Source of the DNA: Octopus vulgaris
Lineage: Eukaryota
Direction: 5' to 3'
DNA: 64,000 nucleotides
Assembly (NCBI GenBank): GCA_951406725.2
Contig: OX597817.1
Span: 42,346,001 to 42,410,000, forward strand
Made by a program: the position numbers and the translations under genes. The notes under the pieces were generated by a model. The model was not told the DNA's origin, did no database searches, and saw only the letters and a program-made list of their open reading frames with translations. How positions within the stretch are numbered: position 1 is the stretch's first letter; every line of letters starts with the position of its first letter. Of the stretch, positions 51,926-64,000 are shown in pieces.

Positions 51926-53447
51926 TGTGGTAAGAAGGGACTATTAAGATGATGATGATGATGACGATGACGATGACGATGAGGAAGCAGAGGAGGATTA
52001 CTGGTGTAAGGCAAGCCATGGCTTAATGCAGCTTCACAACCTAAGAAATGATCCAAGGAGTGGTTTGACAAATTAATATCCTTGAATATACCCAGTTTAT
52101 GTTTTACAGGTTTGAAGAATACTAGCAATGTAAGTCATCATGATTTGACATCTGCCTTCCATGCCGGCATGGATTGGACAGTTTGACTGAATCTGATGTG
52201 TCTGATGACACATCATTGTGCTTCGAAGTTTCAGTTTTGGCACAGTTTCTATGGTTGGGAGCCCTTGCCAATGTTAACCACTTACAGCTTTTCTCATAGC
52301 ACCAGCACTAGTGAGGTCACCTTTAATTGGCAAGACTAAAGAATTAGACATTGATGTTCATCCTTCTTGTTTCTTTACTCTTTGTGGGTTCAGGGGTGGC
52401 TTATTAGGTCAATATTGGCATAAAATCCACAGTTACAGTAGGAGAAGTTAATAGCAGAATCAGAAGTCTTTAGGACTTTTGCTTTTCATGCACTCTCCTT
52501 CTCCTTAGTTTCTTTGATCATTAATGAAAAAAGAGGGTGATGAGTTCAGGGTAGACAGTAAGAGGATAATGAACTATGAGAACAGATTTCTTGTAAGTAA
52601 AACATCTAAATGACTGCAAGAAAGAATCGAAACCAAGTCACAAACTCAATTTACTAGGGAGAAAGGGGCTTACTTTTAGCCTCCAGTTCATACCGAATTT
52701 AGTTCACGTTAAGCTCTTTGACATTGTATTCCATAAGAAGTGAAAATGACACCAACTGACATTTGTATGAATGAGAATAATTCCTTCATTCCATTTATCT
52801 ACAAAGATATCCTCATTTTTCTTTTTTAACGTTTCGGATTTTGTCCAATATATATAAATAGATATATATGTATATATGCACTTATTAATTCTTTCGATCA
52901 TGGCTATTTACCTCTCGACAACTTGAACATCCAATTCAAATTATTTCCATCCATTTTCCTGTAGCAATTTCATGTAATGGAATTGTTGGAAAACATCTTA
53001 ATAGTTCTTTATTTTTGTTGCTGTTGTTATAGTTGGTAATGTTGGTGGGTTTTTTGGGCTTTTTTTAGAGGGGATTGTTTTTGTTGCATTTTTCTTTGGT
53101 TTTTTTTATTGTTCATGATTAAGTTTTTTTCTTCTTTCTTTTGTTCAAGCAAGGTTTGATCCTAAAATCTAAAGGAATTAAATGACATTTACACAGCATC
53201 AGAAGCAACACAGCTGAACAAACTTTATCACTCTTTCAATATTCTTTATATGTGTGTGTGCATGTGCGCGCGCGTGTGTGTGTGTGTATGTTAATGTATG
53301 TGTGTATATATATGTGTGTGTGTATATATATATATACATATATATATATGTATGTTTATATATGTGTGTGTGTATATAAGTATATATATATATACATATA
53401 TGTATATACACATATATGTACATATATTTATGTGTGTATATATATAA

Positions 53448-53508
<61 letters not shown>

Positions 53509-53754
53509 CATACATACACTTCAGACCATATATTTTAGACTCACTCCTTTCTCTTCAATGGTATATATACTGTATACAGTAACGAACTTCATGACAACTA
53601 TGGCACGTGATATTGCATGTACACACTATATATAACAACATATAGAAAATATTTACAAAACTACGTACTAACATACACGTTTAAACACACAAACATGTGT
53701 CTATTTGTGTATACACTAAAATACATCTGTACTCAAACTTGTATGTATATACAC

Positions 53755-53796
<42 letters not shown>

Positions 53797-53895
53797 AGAA
53801 GGCAATGAACACAAAAAGAAGACATCAGAGGAGGAATAAGTTTTAACAAATGTATTACTTTATAAGCATACAGATATATTTGTACACATATGTAT

Positions 53896-53935
<40 letters not shown>

Positions 53936-54151
53936 ATATATATATATATATATGTACGTTTGTATGCATATACATGTACACCTACATGGGTATAAAGACA
54001 TATATTCACCCAGGGTGTGAATATACGATGATTGTAGATATATTCTTCTTCCTCGGGCTAATTGTAACACAAAAGCACATATTTAGATACACATATATAT
54101 ATATAGAGAGAGAGACACACATATATGTATCTTAATATGTGTGTGTGCCTC

Positions 54152-54241
<90 letters not shown>

Positions 54242-54423
54242 CGTGTGTGTGTCTGTCCATATGTGTGCATTTATAATGTTAATGATGAATTAAAAGGAGC
54301 TTAGAAACCAGGATTCGAAACTAAAAACTAATGTTGATAATCGATTGTCTTCTTTGCCAACAAATCACCCAATCTTTTCTTTCACAATAGCAATTGTATT
54401 TTATTAGCACACATCTTCACAAC

Positions 54424-54463
<40 letters not shown>

Positions 54464-55365
54464 GCACACACTTGCACGTACATCTTAGCAATTATTCACA
54501 AGCACATTCAAACATGCATGCAAATGCAGATTAACACATACAACCAATCACAACACATTTAGTCATACACACATACACATACATAAACATACACATACAC
54601 ACACACACACAACCAATTTCTGTTGATTTGTTTGCTTGCATTTCGAACAGAATTGACCAGCTATAATCAATAAAAGCCATAGTTTTACATTGTACAGTTC
54701 AAACTCTTTAGTTTTGTTGCTTTACTTCATTTAATTTTTTTTTTTTTATACAATTGGAAGTTTATTTGTTTGTTTGTCTGTTTGTTTTTCTCCCCCAAAA
54801 GCTTCAATTGTAATGCATTCATTCTCTGACATTTTATATCTCTGCTCCAGTGATAAGTAGATCAGATGGAAGCTTGTTTAAAAGGAAAAGAAATAGAAAG
54901 ATAAACTACATTTTGTTAAGGCTAAAAATCATTTACTTAGAGAATTCTTCTCTAATTCTTGTTCAACTTTCCAACTTGGGAGAGAGCTTCTTTCTGCTTG
55001 AATAAATGTATTTTCAATGTAAGTTTATCTGGCCCACAATGGGGAGAGTGTGTTGTATCATAAACCAAATGGGTGCGGGTATAGCTGTGTGCTTTACAAG
55101 ATTGTATTGTATCTAGCTGGTCTTATGTTTAAACCAGAGTGTGGAACCTTAACAAGTGTCTTTTCCCATCGCTTAGGTTTAACTTGTTTTGCATATGAGG
55201 GAAATTTGTACCAAATTTCTCGTCAATTGCTCCCTTAGTTTTACTGAATTTCTGCTTCATCCCTGACATGTTAATCTTTCCTATAATCATGTAGCTCCTT
55301 TGTCCCTCTACAGCAAGAAACCTGCTCAGGCCCTTTTCGCATATTCTAATCACACATTATGTTGT

Positions 55366-55605
55366 GTCTGGGGAGAGTCATTTTCTTTTTGTGCCTTATA
55401 ATGTAACACACTCACTGGTAAAATTTCCACTTATTTCTTATTTTTATTTTCCAAAAATTTTTGTTGTGTCTTACAATCTTTTCAATAGTCAAGGTTGCAA
55501 GACGCAACAAAAATTTTAGGAAAATAAAAATAAGAAATAAGTGGAAATTTTACCGGTGAGTGTGTTAAATTATAAAGCACAAAAAGAAAATTACTCTCCC
55601 CAGAC
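55366..55605. repeat. Long foldback inverted repeat, 115-bp arms, 10-nt loop
   Basis: 55366-55480 is the near-perfect reverse complement of 55491-55605. Confidence 0.92.
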
Positions 55606-56099
55606 TTAACAGAATATGCTTCAACATATGAACTCATATAAAGAATCTTGCAAACCAAATCCAAAAACAAAATCTAATCCACATCTTCTAGCATAAAGCT
55701 GCTTCTTTGGAGGTTTGTAGTCTTGCAAGCTGCACAGCAACCTCATTTGAACTGGTAGCTTGGAAAAGGCAGTACAAACTATGTGGTTGGCATTAAGAAG
55801 GGTAACCAGTCATAGAAACCATACCAGACACTGAATCACAATGCTGTCCTTAGACCCTCAGATCTTGCCAACCCATCCAAGCCATGTCCAAATGGACATT
55901 AAATGATGATGATGGTCTATTTCTATTATATTGTTACCACCCACTTTTGTTTCTCCCCTCCTGCCTCATTCTGTGAGTCTCTATGGAGCCTTGGTAAAAA
56001 CTACTGGATCCTGAACTGCAACATCACACTCTCTACAGCAACACAGAAACAGTCATTACAACAATCATTTCATAGTAATTCCCCCCAAAATACTCTTTT

Positions 56100-56597
56100 C
56101 TTCTCTAAGCACAAGGCCCGAAATTTTGGGGGAGGGGACCAGTTGATTAAATCAACTCCAGTACTCAACTGGTACTTAATTTATCGACCCTGAAAGAATA
56201 AAAGACAAAACTGACCTTGGCAGAATTTGAACTCAGAACGTAAAAACAGACGAAATACTGCTAAGCATTTCACTCAGCATGTTAACATTTCAGCCAACTT
56301 TCTGCTTTAATTTCCCCTAAAACATTACATTATCAAAAATGATATGAAGGGCCCTCCACTAGTTTCAACAATGTGCATTCAGATGAATGATCAACTAAAT
56401 CATCACTTGGTTAATTTGATGCGTAAGTGTGAGCTGGTAGGATTGTTAGCATGGTGTGTTAAACACTTTATGCTCTGAGTTCAAATTCCACCGAGGTCAG
56501 CTTTGCTTGTCATCCCTTCAAGATTGATAAAGCAAGTATCAGTTGAGCACTAGGGTCGATGTAATTTATTAAACCCTACCCCAAGTTTTCTGGCCTT
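56100..56597. mobile_element. Two older SINE B-related copies in opposite orientation (56100-56306 minus, 56429-56597 plus)
   Basis: ctgagttcaaatt B-box and aagtaccagtt body; similar old copies at ~665-872, 7570-7705, 25995-26130 and 51238-51400. Confidence 0.7.
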
Positions 56598-57217
56598 AAG
56601 TGACTGAGTATTCCTGAGACACACAACACAACAGAAAGACACAATCATTACAACACAGTATTTATCACAAATAGTCTTGTACTTCACTCTTACTATTTAT
56701 GGATGGTGTACAATTAAAATCACCCAAATCTCTACTAATTCTATGCCTACCAAAACTCTATTTTTTGAGTCACCAAAATATGTAACCTTGCCAGGTGATG
56801 GGAAATGACACTCTACTCTTCTGCTAAACTCCACCCCCAAAGAAATTACTCTAAATACAACATAGCTTTGATTTGGTGATATTAATACCAATAGCCAAAG
56901 AACCAAAAGATCAAAGAACCAAAGAATTTTTTTGCATTATGCCACATAAAACACACTCAGTACACTCTGTAAAGTGGTTGGCATTAGAAAGGGCATCTAA
57001 CTAAAGAATCCAGGCCAAAATAGACTATGGAACCTGGTGCAGCGCCTGGCCTTGCAAGTTCCCGTCAAACTGTCCGACCCATGCCAGCATGAAAAACAGA
57101 TTTTAAATAACAACGATGACGACGATGGTGATGATGATGATAACGATGATGACGATGATGATAATGACGAGGAGGAGGAGGATGAGAATGATTCTAAAAG
57201 AGAGAGAGACCAGTAGC

Positions 57218-57720
57218 CTTTTTATACTCTTTTTACTCTTTTATTTATTTCAGTCATTTGACTGTGGCCATGCTGGAGCACTGCTTTTTAGTCAAACAAA
57301 TCGACCCCAGGACTTGTTCTTTGCAAGCCTAGAACTTATTCTATCAGCCTCTTTTGCCAAACCGCTAAGTTACGGGGATGTAAACACACCAGCATCGGTT
57401 GTCAAGCGATATTGGTGGAGGCACACACAGACACACAAACATATATATATAAAAACTTACTTGGAGAATAAGAAACAACGCAAGGCGCTCAGTCATATAA
57501 TAACAATTTAACAAATAAAACATGCATACATACATACATACATATATATATATACATATATACGACGGGCTTCTTTCAGTTTCTGTCTACCAAATCCACT
57601 CACAAGGCTTTGGTCGGCTCGAGGCTATAGCAGAAGACACTTGCCCAAGGTACCAAGCAGTGGGACTGAACCCGGAACCATGTGGCTGGTAAGCAAACTA
57701 CTTACCACACAGCCACTCCT
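57218..57720 (-). mobile_element. SINE family A with a ~70-bp foreign insert in its microsatellite
   Basis: Family homology; insert at ~57451-57520. Confidence 0.85.
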
Positions 57721-58869
57721 GCACACGTATAATAAAATAAAAAGACAATTTACATAAAGGTTTGTAGTTTCTTTGGAGCTTTGACATAGTCATATCTTAA
57801 TTACAAAGTCTCCAATTCATTTACAGTGCATGAAGTTACTTCGTCTCTGAATAACTCTGACGCTGAGCATAGGAAAATGATAAAAGCCACTTAACAAAGC
57901 AGAATGTGGACAGGAATAAGTTTATTCAATACTTTACATTTAACAAGCCCTAATTGAAATGAAAATATAGTTGTTATCTCCTTTTATTTCATTTTATTAT
58001 TTGCCGTTATCAATTAGGGCTTGTGAAAGCTTGTATACTGAATAAACTAACTTTCTTTACATACTGTATCAGGTTTTTTTAAATAGAAATGTGTTTCATA
58101 AAATAGAATGCAATGTGTATATAAAAGGAATGGGATGAGTAAAAGCCACAAGCATAATGGCTGGTTAATTAATGGAGCCGAAGAACCAAAGAATTTTCTG
58201 TTTGTTGTCCTAAAAGAGAAAAACAGAGTGCTCCAATACCAATTTTCATAACTTGTTTTTGTTATTATTATCTCGGAATATAAGAGGAGGGTCACCTGGT
58301 TAAGGTTAATATTGTTTGTGTTCAGTTTAGAGTTTAGTGGCTGAAATACAAATATGGGCAGGTAGGTTTCAGCATGTATTATGAGGAAGACTAATTGGGC
58401 AAGAATTAAAGAGGTGGATTACAATAAGAATATTAATAGGAGGAGGAGGAGGAGTGTTGTTGAGTGCATTGAATGCATTTAGTTAGAGAAGATACCCAGT
58501 GAACAAGTTCAGAGTAACAGAATCTTTTGTAAATGCAGAAACATGCAAGAATTCGTACCTAGATTGGTAGACCAACGGTTGAAAAATGGAACAATGAAGG
58601 CAGTGGTGGTGGTGGTGGGGGTTATAGTAGTAGTAGTAGTAGTAGTTAGTAAATGCCTTGATAATCTGGATAAATTCTGGCTTCATGACAAAGAAGAAAA
58701 ACACAAATATACTTCTAACATATTTAGTTTTATTTTAAAATATTTAGAACATAGTAATATCAATGGTAATCTTTAGGGTTCGATCAACGCTAAGTATTTC
58801 GCCCAGTGCACTAATGTTTCTGTCAGCTTGCTGCTTTAAATGCTAACATTTCTGCCAGCTCGCCTTCCT

Positions 58870-60221
58870 AGACTAGTTCTGAAGTGCCCCAACAGATGGC
58901 AGCACACAGGTGTGTGCGCAGTGAGAGCTAGCAGTGAATTTCATGAGGCTGTGGTATACTGAGTGACATCGTTGTGTTTACTTCACAAGTTGTGAAATTT
59001 GCTTTTGTGATCATGTGTGTGTGCTGTAGTCTGCAATTTTGTCATGGATAGGAAATTGAAACAAAGAACCAACGTGAATTTTGTGCTAAAGTTGGGAAGT
59101 CTGCTACAGAGACATTGAGCATGCTTTGGCAAGCTTACGGTGATGAGGCAATGGGTCGTACACAATGTTTCGAGTAGTATGGGTGCTTCAAAAGCAGAAG
59201 AACGTCTCTGGAAGGCAATGAGCAATCTGAAAGACCTACCACAAGCCTCACCCCTGGAAATGAGAAGAAAATCCATCAGTTTGTGCATGAGGATCGTCGG
59301 AGGTCAATCAACAATGTTTCAAAGCATTTGAGGGAGGACATTTGGTAGAAGAGATTGGATCTGTGGAGCACAAAGAATTAGATTCTTTATGATGACAATG
59401 CACCCTGTCACCAAGCTCTCCTCACTCTTGAACTTCTCACCAAAAACAACATGGTTCCACTTCCACACCCACCCTATTCGTGATCTGTGGACTTCCATCT
59501 CTTCTCCAAGATGAAAAAACAATCTGTGGACTTTCATCTCTTCCCCAAGATGAAACTGCAGCTCAAAGGTCTCTGTTTTAACACCATTGTCAAGATCAAA
59601 AGCAAATCGCAGAATGTATGCGACTCATTATCATCATCATCATCATTTAACGTCTGCTTTCCATGCTAGCATGGGATGGACGATTTGACTGAGGACTGGC
59701 TAACCAGATGGCTGCACCAGGCTCCAATCTGATCTGGCAGAGTTTCTACAGCTGGATGCCCTTCCTAACGCCAACCACTCCGAGAGTGTAGTTGGTGCTT
59801 TTATGTGTCACTGGCACATGGGCCAGTCTGGTGGTACTAGCAATGGCCACACTCAAAATAGTGTTTCTCATATGACACCTGCACAGGAGCCAGTCCAGCG
59901 GCACTGGCAACGACCTCGCTCAAATGTTTTGTTCACGTGCCGGTAAGGCGACGCTGGTAACAATCACGCTCAAATGGTGCTTTTTACATGCCACCAGCAT
60001 GGAAGCCAGACAGCTGCTCTGGCAGTGATCCCACACGGATGAAGCTGTTAGCGCTCGAATGGAAAACAATTTCCAGGCCAGATTCCAAGAGTTGCAGGAA
60101 CACTGGAGCCAGTGTATTGCTGTGCAAGGTGACTACTTTGAAGAAGATGATGTTAGAACTTAGGTTAATAAGTTATTTTTTTATTAAACATAACTAGTCT
60201 GGAAACTTTGATACCACCTTG
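58870..60221 (+). mobile_element. Internally deleted mariner interrupted by an RTE 3' UTR (-, ~59627-60056)
   Basis: MDRKLKQRTNV..KVGKSATETLSML..YGDEAMGRTQCFE; YDDNAPCH; PHPPYS; QGDYFEE; terminus aaactttgataccaccttgTA. Confidence 0.82.
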
Positions 60222-60967
60222 TATTGTACACTCACAGGTAGAAAACAGCCAAATTTTGTTTTAAAATGAATTAAAGGGACCAGCAAGTTGAAGGATTATC
60301 AATATTTCTGAATGTGAAATGATTTGTGTGAAATTAATTGAGTGGTAAGATAAGATATGATGCAGAATCTGAAGAAACTGATGATGATTGTCAGTGCCAG
60401 AAACAATTAGTCCATAGGAGGGTTTACAGAAAAGTTCATTAAGTTTAATTATGGTGAGAAGTGAAGAATCTAATATTAGATTCCTCGTTCCTCATGGCAA
60501 TTGGACATAATGAACTCTCATAATTGACTGGTAGATTACTTTATGAGAAGGTTAAAGTGTTTAATGAAGGCAGAAGCCAGCTTGAGTACACAAGCTGTCA
60601 GCATAGTGATTTCAATATTGTTGATTGTGACTATTTGGATTTCAGTAATCCAAGAAGTTAATATACCTGGTTGTTTATAATATACAATAACAAGAACAAG
60701 GCAGAGAAGGGGCTTTATTGAATCTCTGTTGGCTGAAGTCAGAGACAGAGTATGTGCAAAAGCAAGCTGTCGTTCATTGGAAATGAAAGGATAAGCATTA
60801 AAAATTACAGCAACAAAAATAATAACATATAGAATGTGTCCAGAAAAGGGACAAAATTGTTTAAAAAATGGATTTGTTCTTTTAACTTGTGATGTAATCA
60901 GATCTTTGTTGTTGGAGCAGCATTCCCAACATTTTTTTCCAGTTTTGGGACATGTATGCAACTAGGA

Positions 60968-61218
60968 ACACGGCACAGAAAACTCACCAATCGATCATGG
61001 CCACTGCCAGCTTTCCCTGGCACCTGTGCCGGTGGCACGTAAAAAGCACCCACTACACTCACGGAGTGGTTGGCGTTAGGAAGAGCATCCAGCTGTAGAA
61101 ACACTGCCAGATCAGATTGGAGCCTGGTGCAACTTCCTGGCTTCCCAGACCCCGGTTGAACCGTCCAACCCATGCTAGCATGGAAAACGGGCGTTAAATA
61201 ATGATGATGATGATGATG
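60968..61218 (+). mobile_element. RTE 3' UTR fragment
   Basis: Family homology. Confidence 0.85.
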
Positions 61219-62278
61219 AATGTGCAATTCTTACAGCATATTTCCTTCATTCTCTTATATGAAATCAATGAATTTACAGGGTTGATTTCAACTTTGGGAC
61301 TAAAAAATGTGCACAGTGTGTAGAGATGAGGGTCAGAAGTTGTCTCATGTTTCATCAAAAAGCCATGGATAACGAGATATGCCTGAACAGATATATCAAC
61401 ATGATGTAGCATTCAAGTTTAATTTATTCATTCCTCAGGCCTTTTTTCTTTGCACTACTTCTTTAAAAAAAAAACACAGAACATTTAAATAACCGTTTGA
61501 TCTGCCAAAAGCAGAAAATGATCAACATTACTTTTGTATTTGTGTGATTTTTACATATTTCTTTTTTGGTCATAATAAGGATGATCCAACTACCTTTTTT
61601 TTTTGTTTCAAACTACACCCACAGGTTGATACCTGATATGCTATTTTTTAGAAAGTTTTCATTAGAACTGAACCATGCAAGCATGGAACATGGGTGTTGA
61701 ATGATGATGAAGATGACGACAACAATGACGATGGTGATGATGATGACAATAATGATGATGACAATGATAATGAATAATTAAATAGTTCCTGGTTGACTAT
61801 GACTCATTTCTGCTGTTGCTCAGTCAGCTGACATGACGTAAATTTCATGAAAAATAAAAAAAAAAAAACAATACATCTTCAATATTTCTTTTAAAATTAA
61901 TGAATATGAGCTTTTACAATTGTATCATTCTTTAGAAATTTCACAAACTGCTCAGGGACAATTTTCACGGATCACAGTATGCACTTTTACAATGTGATAA
62001 TCAGCCCATTGTTATGGATGGTCATCTAGATTTGGGATACATGTTTTATGTTCAAGCAAACCATGTCCAGCTTCTTATACCTGCCCTACAATGCCATTTT
62101 AAAAATAAATAGTCACATCATCAAAATCTCAAAGCTACAAGATAGTGCATAATTAATCCAAAACAATGTAAACACATAAGCTTTACATTTGACAGAGAAA
62201 TCTGAATGCTAAAAGGTTGACTATAACATATCACACATTCTGTCATATTGCATTGTTGGTTGCTTACAGTATCATTAG

Positions 62279-62590
62279 TGGAAGCGCAATGGCCCAGTGG
62301 TTAGGGCAGCAGACATGCGGTTGTAGGATCATGGTTTCGATTCCTAGACCGGACGTTGTGAGTATTTATTGAATGAAAACACCTAAAGCTCCAAGAGGCT
62401 CCAACAGGGGCTGGTGATGAACCCTGCTGTATTCTTTCACTACAAATTTCTTTCGCTGAATCTCCCCGAGAACTACATTAAGGGTACACATGTCTGTGGA
62501 GTGCTCAGCCACTTGCACGTTAATTTCACAAGCAGGTTGTTCCATTGATTGGATCAACTGGAATCCTCGTCGTCATAACCGGTGGAGTGC
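62279..62590 (+). mobile_element. Chimeric SINE: family F head and body plus type E tail
   Basis: First ~175 bp match the reverse complement of ~38165-38334; the remainder matches ~27834-27970. Confidence 0.8.
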
Positions 62591-62906
62591 TACAGTATTA
62601 TTGCCCTCAGGACATGTTGCTACTGTTTTGATAACTGACCTCATCATTTTCATTGTTTTAATGTCCTTTTCCATGATTACATGGATTGGATGGGGTTTAC
62701 TGAGGCAGATTTCCAATGCTGGAGGCTGTTCCTGCTCTCAACTCTCACCTGTTTCCAAGCAAAGTGATGTTTCTTCATAACCGGACTTGTTCTCACTGAT
62801 GAACACTGCTTGTATGATGGTGATGCTTGTTTACGACTATTGCATAATGTCAAGACATGGACACACACTCACTCACACACACACATTGGTCTTCTTTTAT
62901 TTTCCG

Positions 62907-63541
62907 TGACCGGGACCTTTGGAAATATGCTGTGCTTGAAAACACTAAGCAAGCCAAGTGAGACCATAACCTCATGGCCTATGCCAGGGGTGTAACCAGC
63001 TCACTTATGTGTACCTTTCCTTTACTGGACACTAAACTCTGCTTGCAAAGACCTGTTGAGGTAATCGAAATCGAAATCAAATTCGATAACTGGCATCTGT
63101 GCTAGGGAAGTGCTAAGAGTACAAGCTGAGTGAGATCGTTGCCATAGCAGCAAACTGGCTTCCGTGCCAGTGGCACGTAAAAAACACCATTTGAGCGAGA
63201 TTGTTACCTGTGTCACCTTACTGGCACTTGTGCTGGTGGCATGTGAAAAACATTCGAATGAGGTTGTTGCCAGTGGCACTGAACTGGCTCCTGTGCAGGT
63301 GGCACATAAAAAGCACCATTTGAGCGAGGCCATTGCCAGTACCACCTGACTGGCCCTCGTGCCAGTGGCACGTAAAAGCACCCACTACACTCTTGGAGTG
63401 GTTGGCATTAGGAAGGGCATCCAGCTGTAGAAACTCTGCCAGATCAGATTGGAGCCTGGTGCAGCCATCTGGTTCACCAGACCTCAGTCAAATCGTCAAA
63501 CTCATACTAGCATGGAAAGTGGACATTAAACGATGATAATG
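62907..63541 (+). mobile_element. RTE LINE long 3' UTR fragment
   Basis: Reverse complement of ~10520-11160. Confidence 0.88.
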
Positions 63542-63572
63542 ACTCCCAAATTCACTAGTATTGGCCTGAGAT

Positions 63573-63857
63573 GAAGGCACATGGCTGAGTGGTTAAGGTA
63601 ATGAGTTCATGACTGTAAGGTCATGAGCTCAATTTCCGCCAGTGCCTCATGTCCTTGAGCAAGACACTTTATTTTATGTTGCTCCAGCTCTCTCAGCTAG
63701 CAAAAATAAGTTGTGTCATGCTGAATCTATCTGAGAACTCCTTTAAGGGTGCGCATATCTGTGGAGTGCTCAACCACTTGCATGTTAATTTCATGAGCAG
63801 GCTGTTCCATTGATCGGACCAACCAGAACTCTTATTGTCGTAACTGACAGAAAGCCA
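63573..63857 (+). mobile_element. SINE with D-type CORE-like body plus type E tail
   Basis: gtccttgagcaagacactttatttt..gttgctccag body as in the 4190 copy; tail as in 62455-62590. Confidence 0.78.
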
Positions 63858-64000
63858 AGACTAAGATGATGGCGGAAGATGCTCACCCAAGGTATCATGC
63901 ACTGAGACTGAACCAGAAACCCTGTGATTGGTAAGCAATCTTCTGTATATAATTGCCATATTCCTCAGCCTAGAGGGTCTCTGACTTCAAAGATACACCT

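Noticed and set aside
60536-60961. 141-aa minus-strand ORF in non-repetitive sequence
   Set aside because: No recognisable motif; plus-strand frames are broken by stops; it may be decayed element sequence but I cannot assign it

Overview
AT-rich, microsatellite-dense eukaryotic DNA with no recognisable host protein-coding exon (intergenic or deep intronic). The repeat families resemble what I recall for octopus/coleoid cephalopod genomes; this is an inference, not a database result. The window is a mosaic of tRNA-derived SINE families, many 3' fragments of an RTE-clade LINE, BovB-like RTE and CR1-like LINE fragments, decayed mariner and maT elements, MITEs and Helentron-like elements. It also holds a near-complete pogo-type transposon with a C-terminal PHD finger, nested inside a hAT transposase remnant. 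Most six-frame ORFs are microsatellite artefacts. The most notable signal is a set of minimal type I hammerhead ribozyme motifs with palindromic, dimer-type stem III. They fall in at least three unrelated short elements, plus decayed remnants, all abutting (TA)n tracts. Several sit in the internal microsatellite of one SINE family, consistent with a Penelope-like pLTR/retrozyme system. Element boundaries were read by eye and are approximate. SINE family letters are my own labels.
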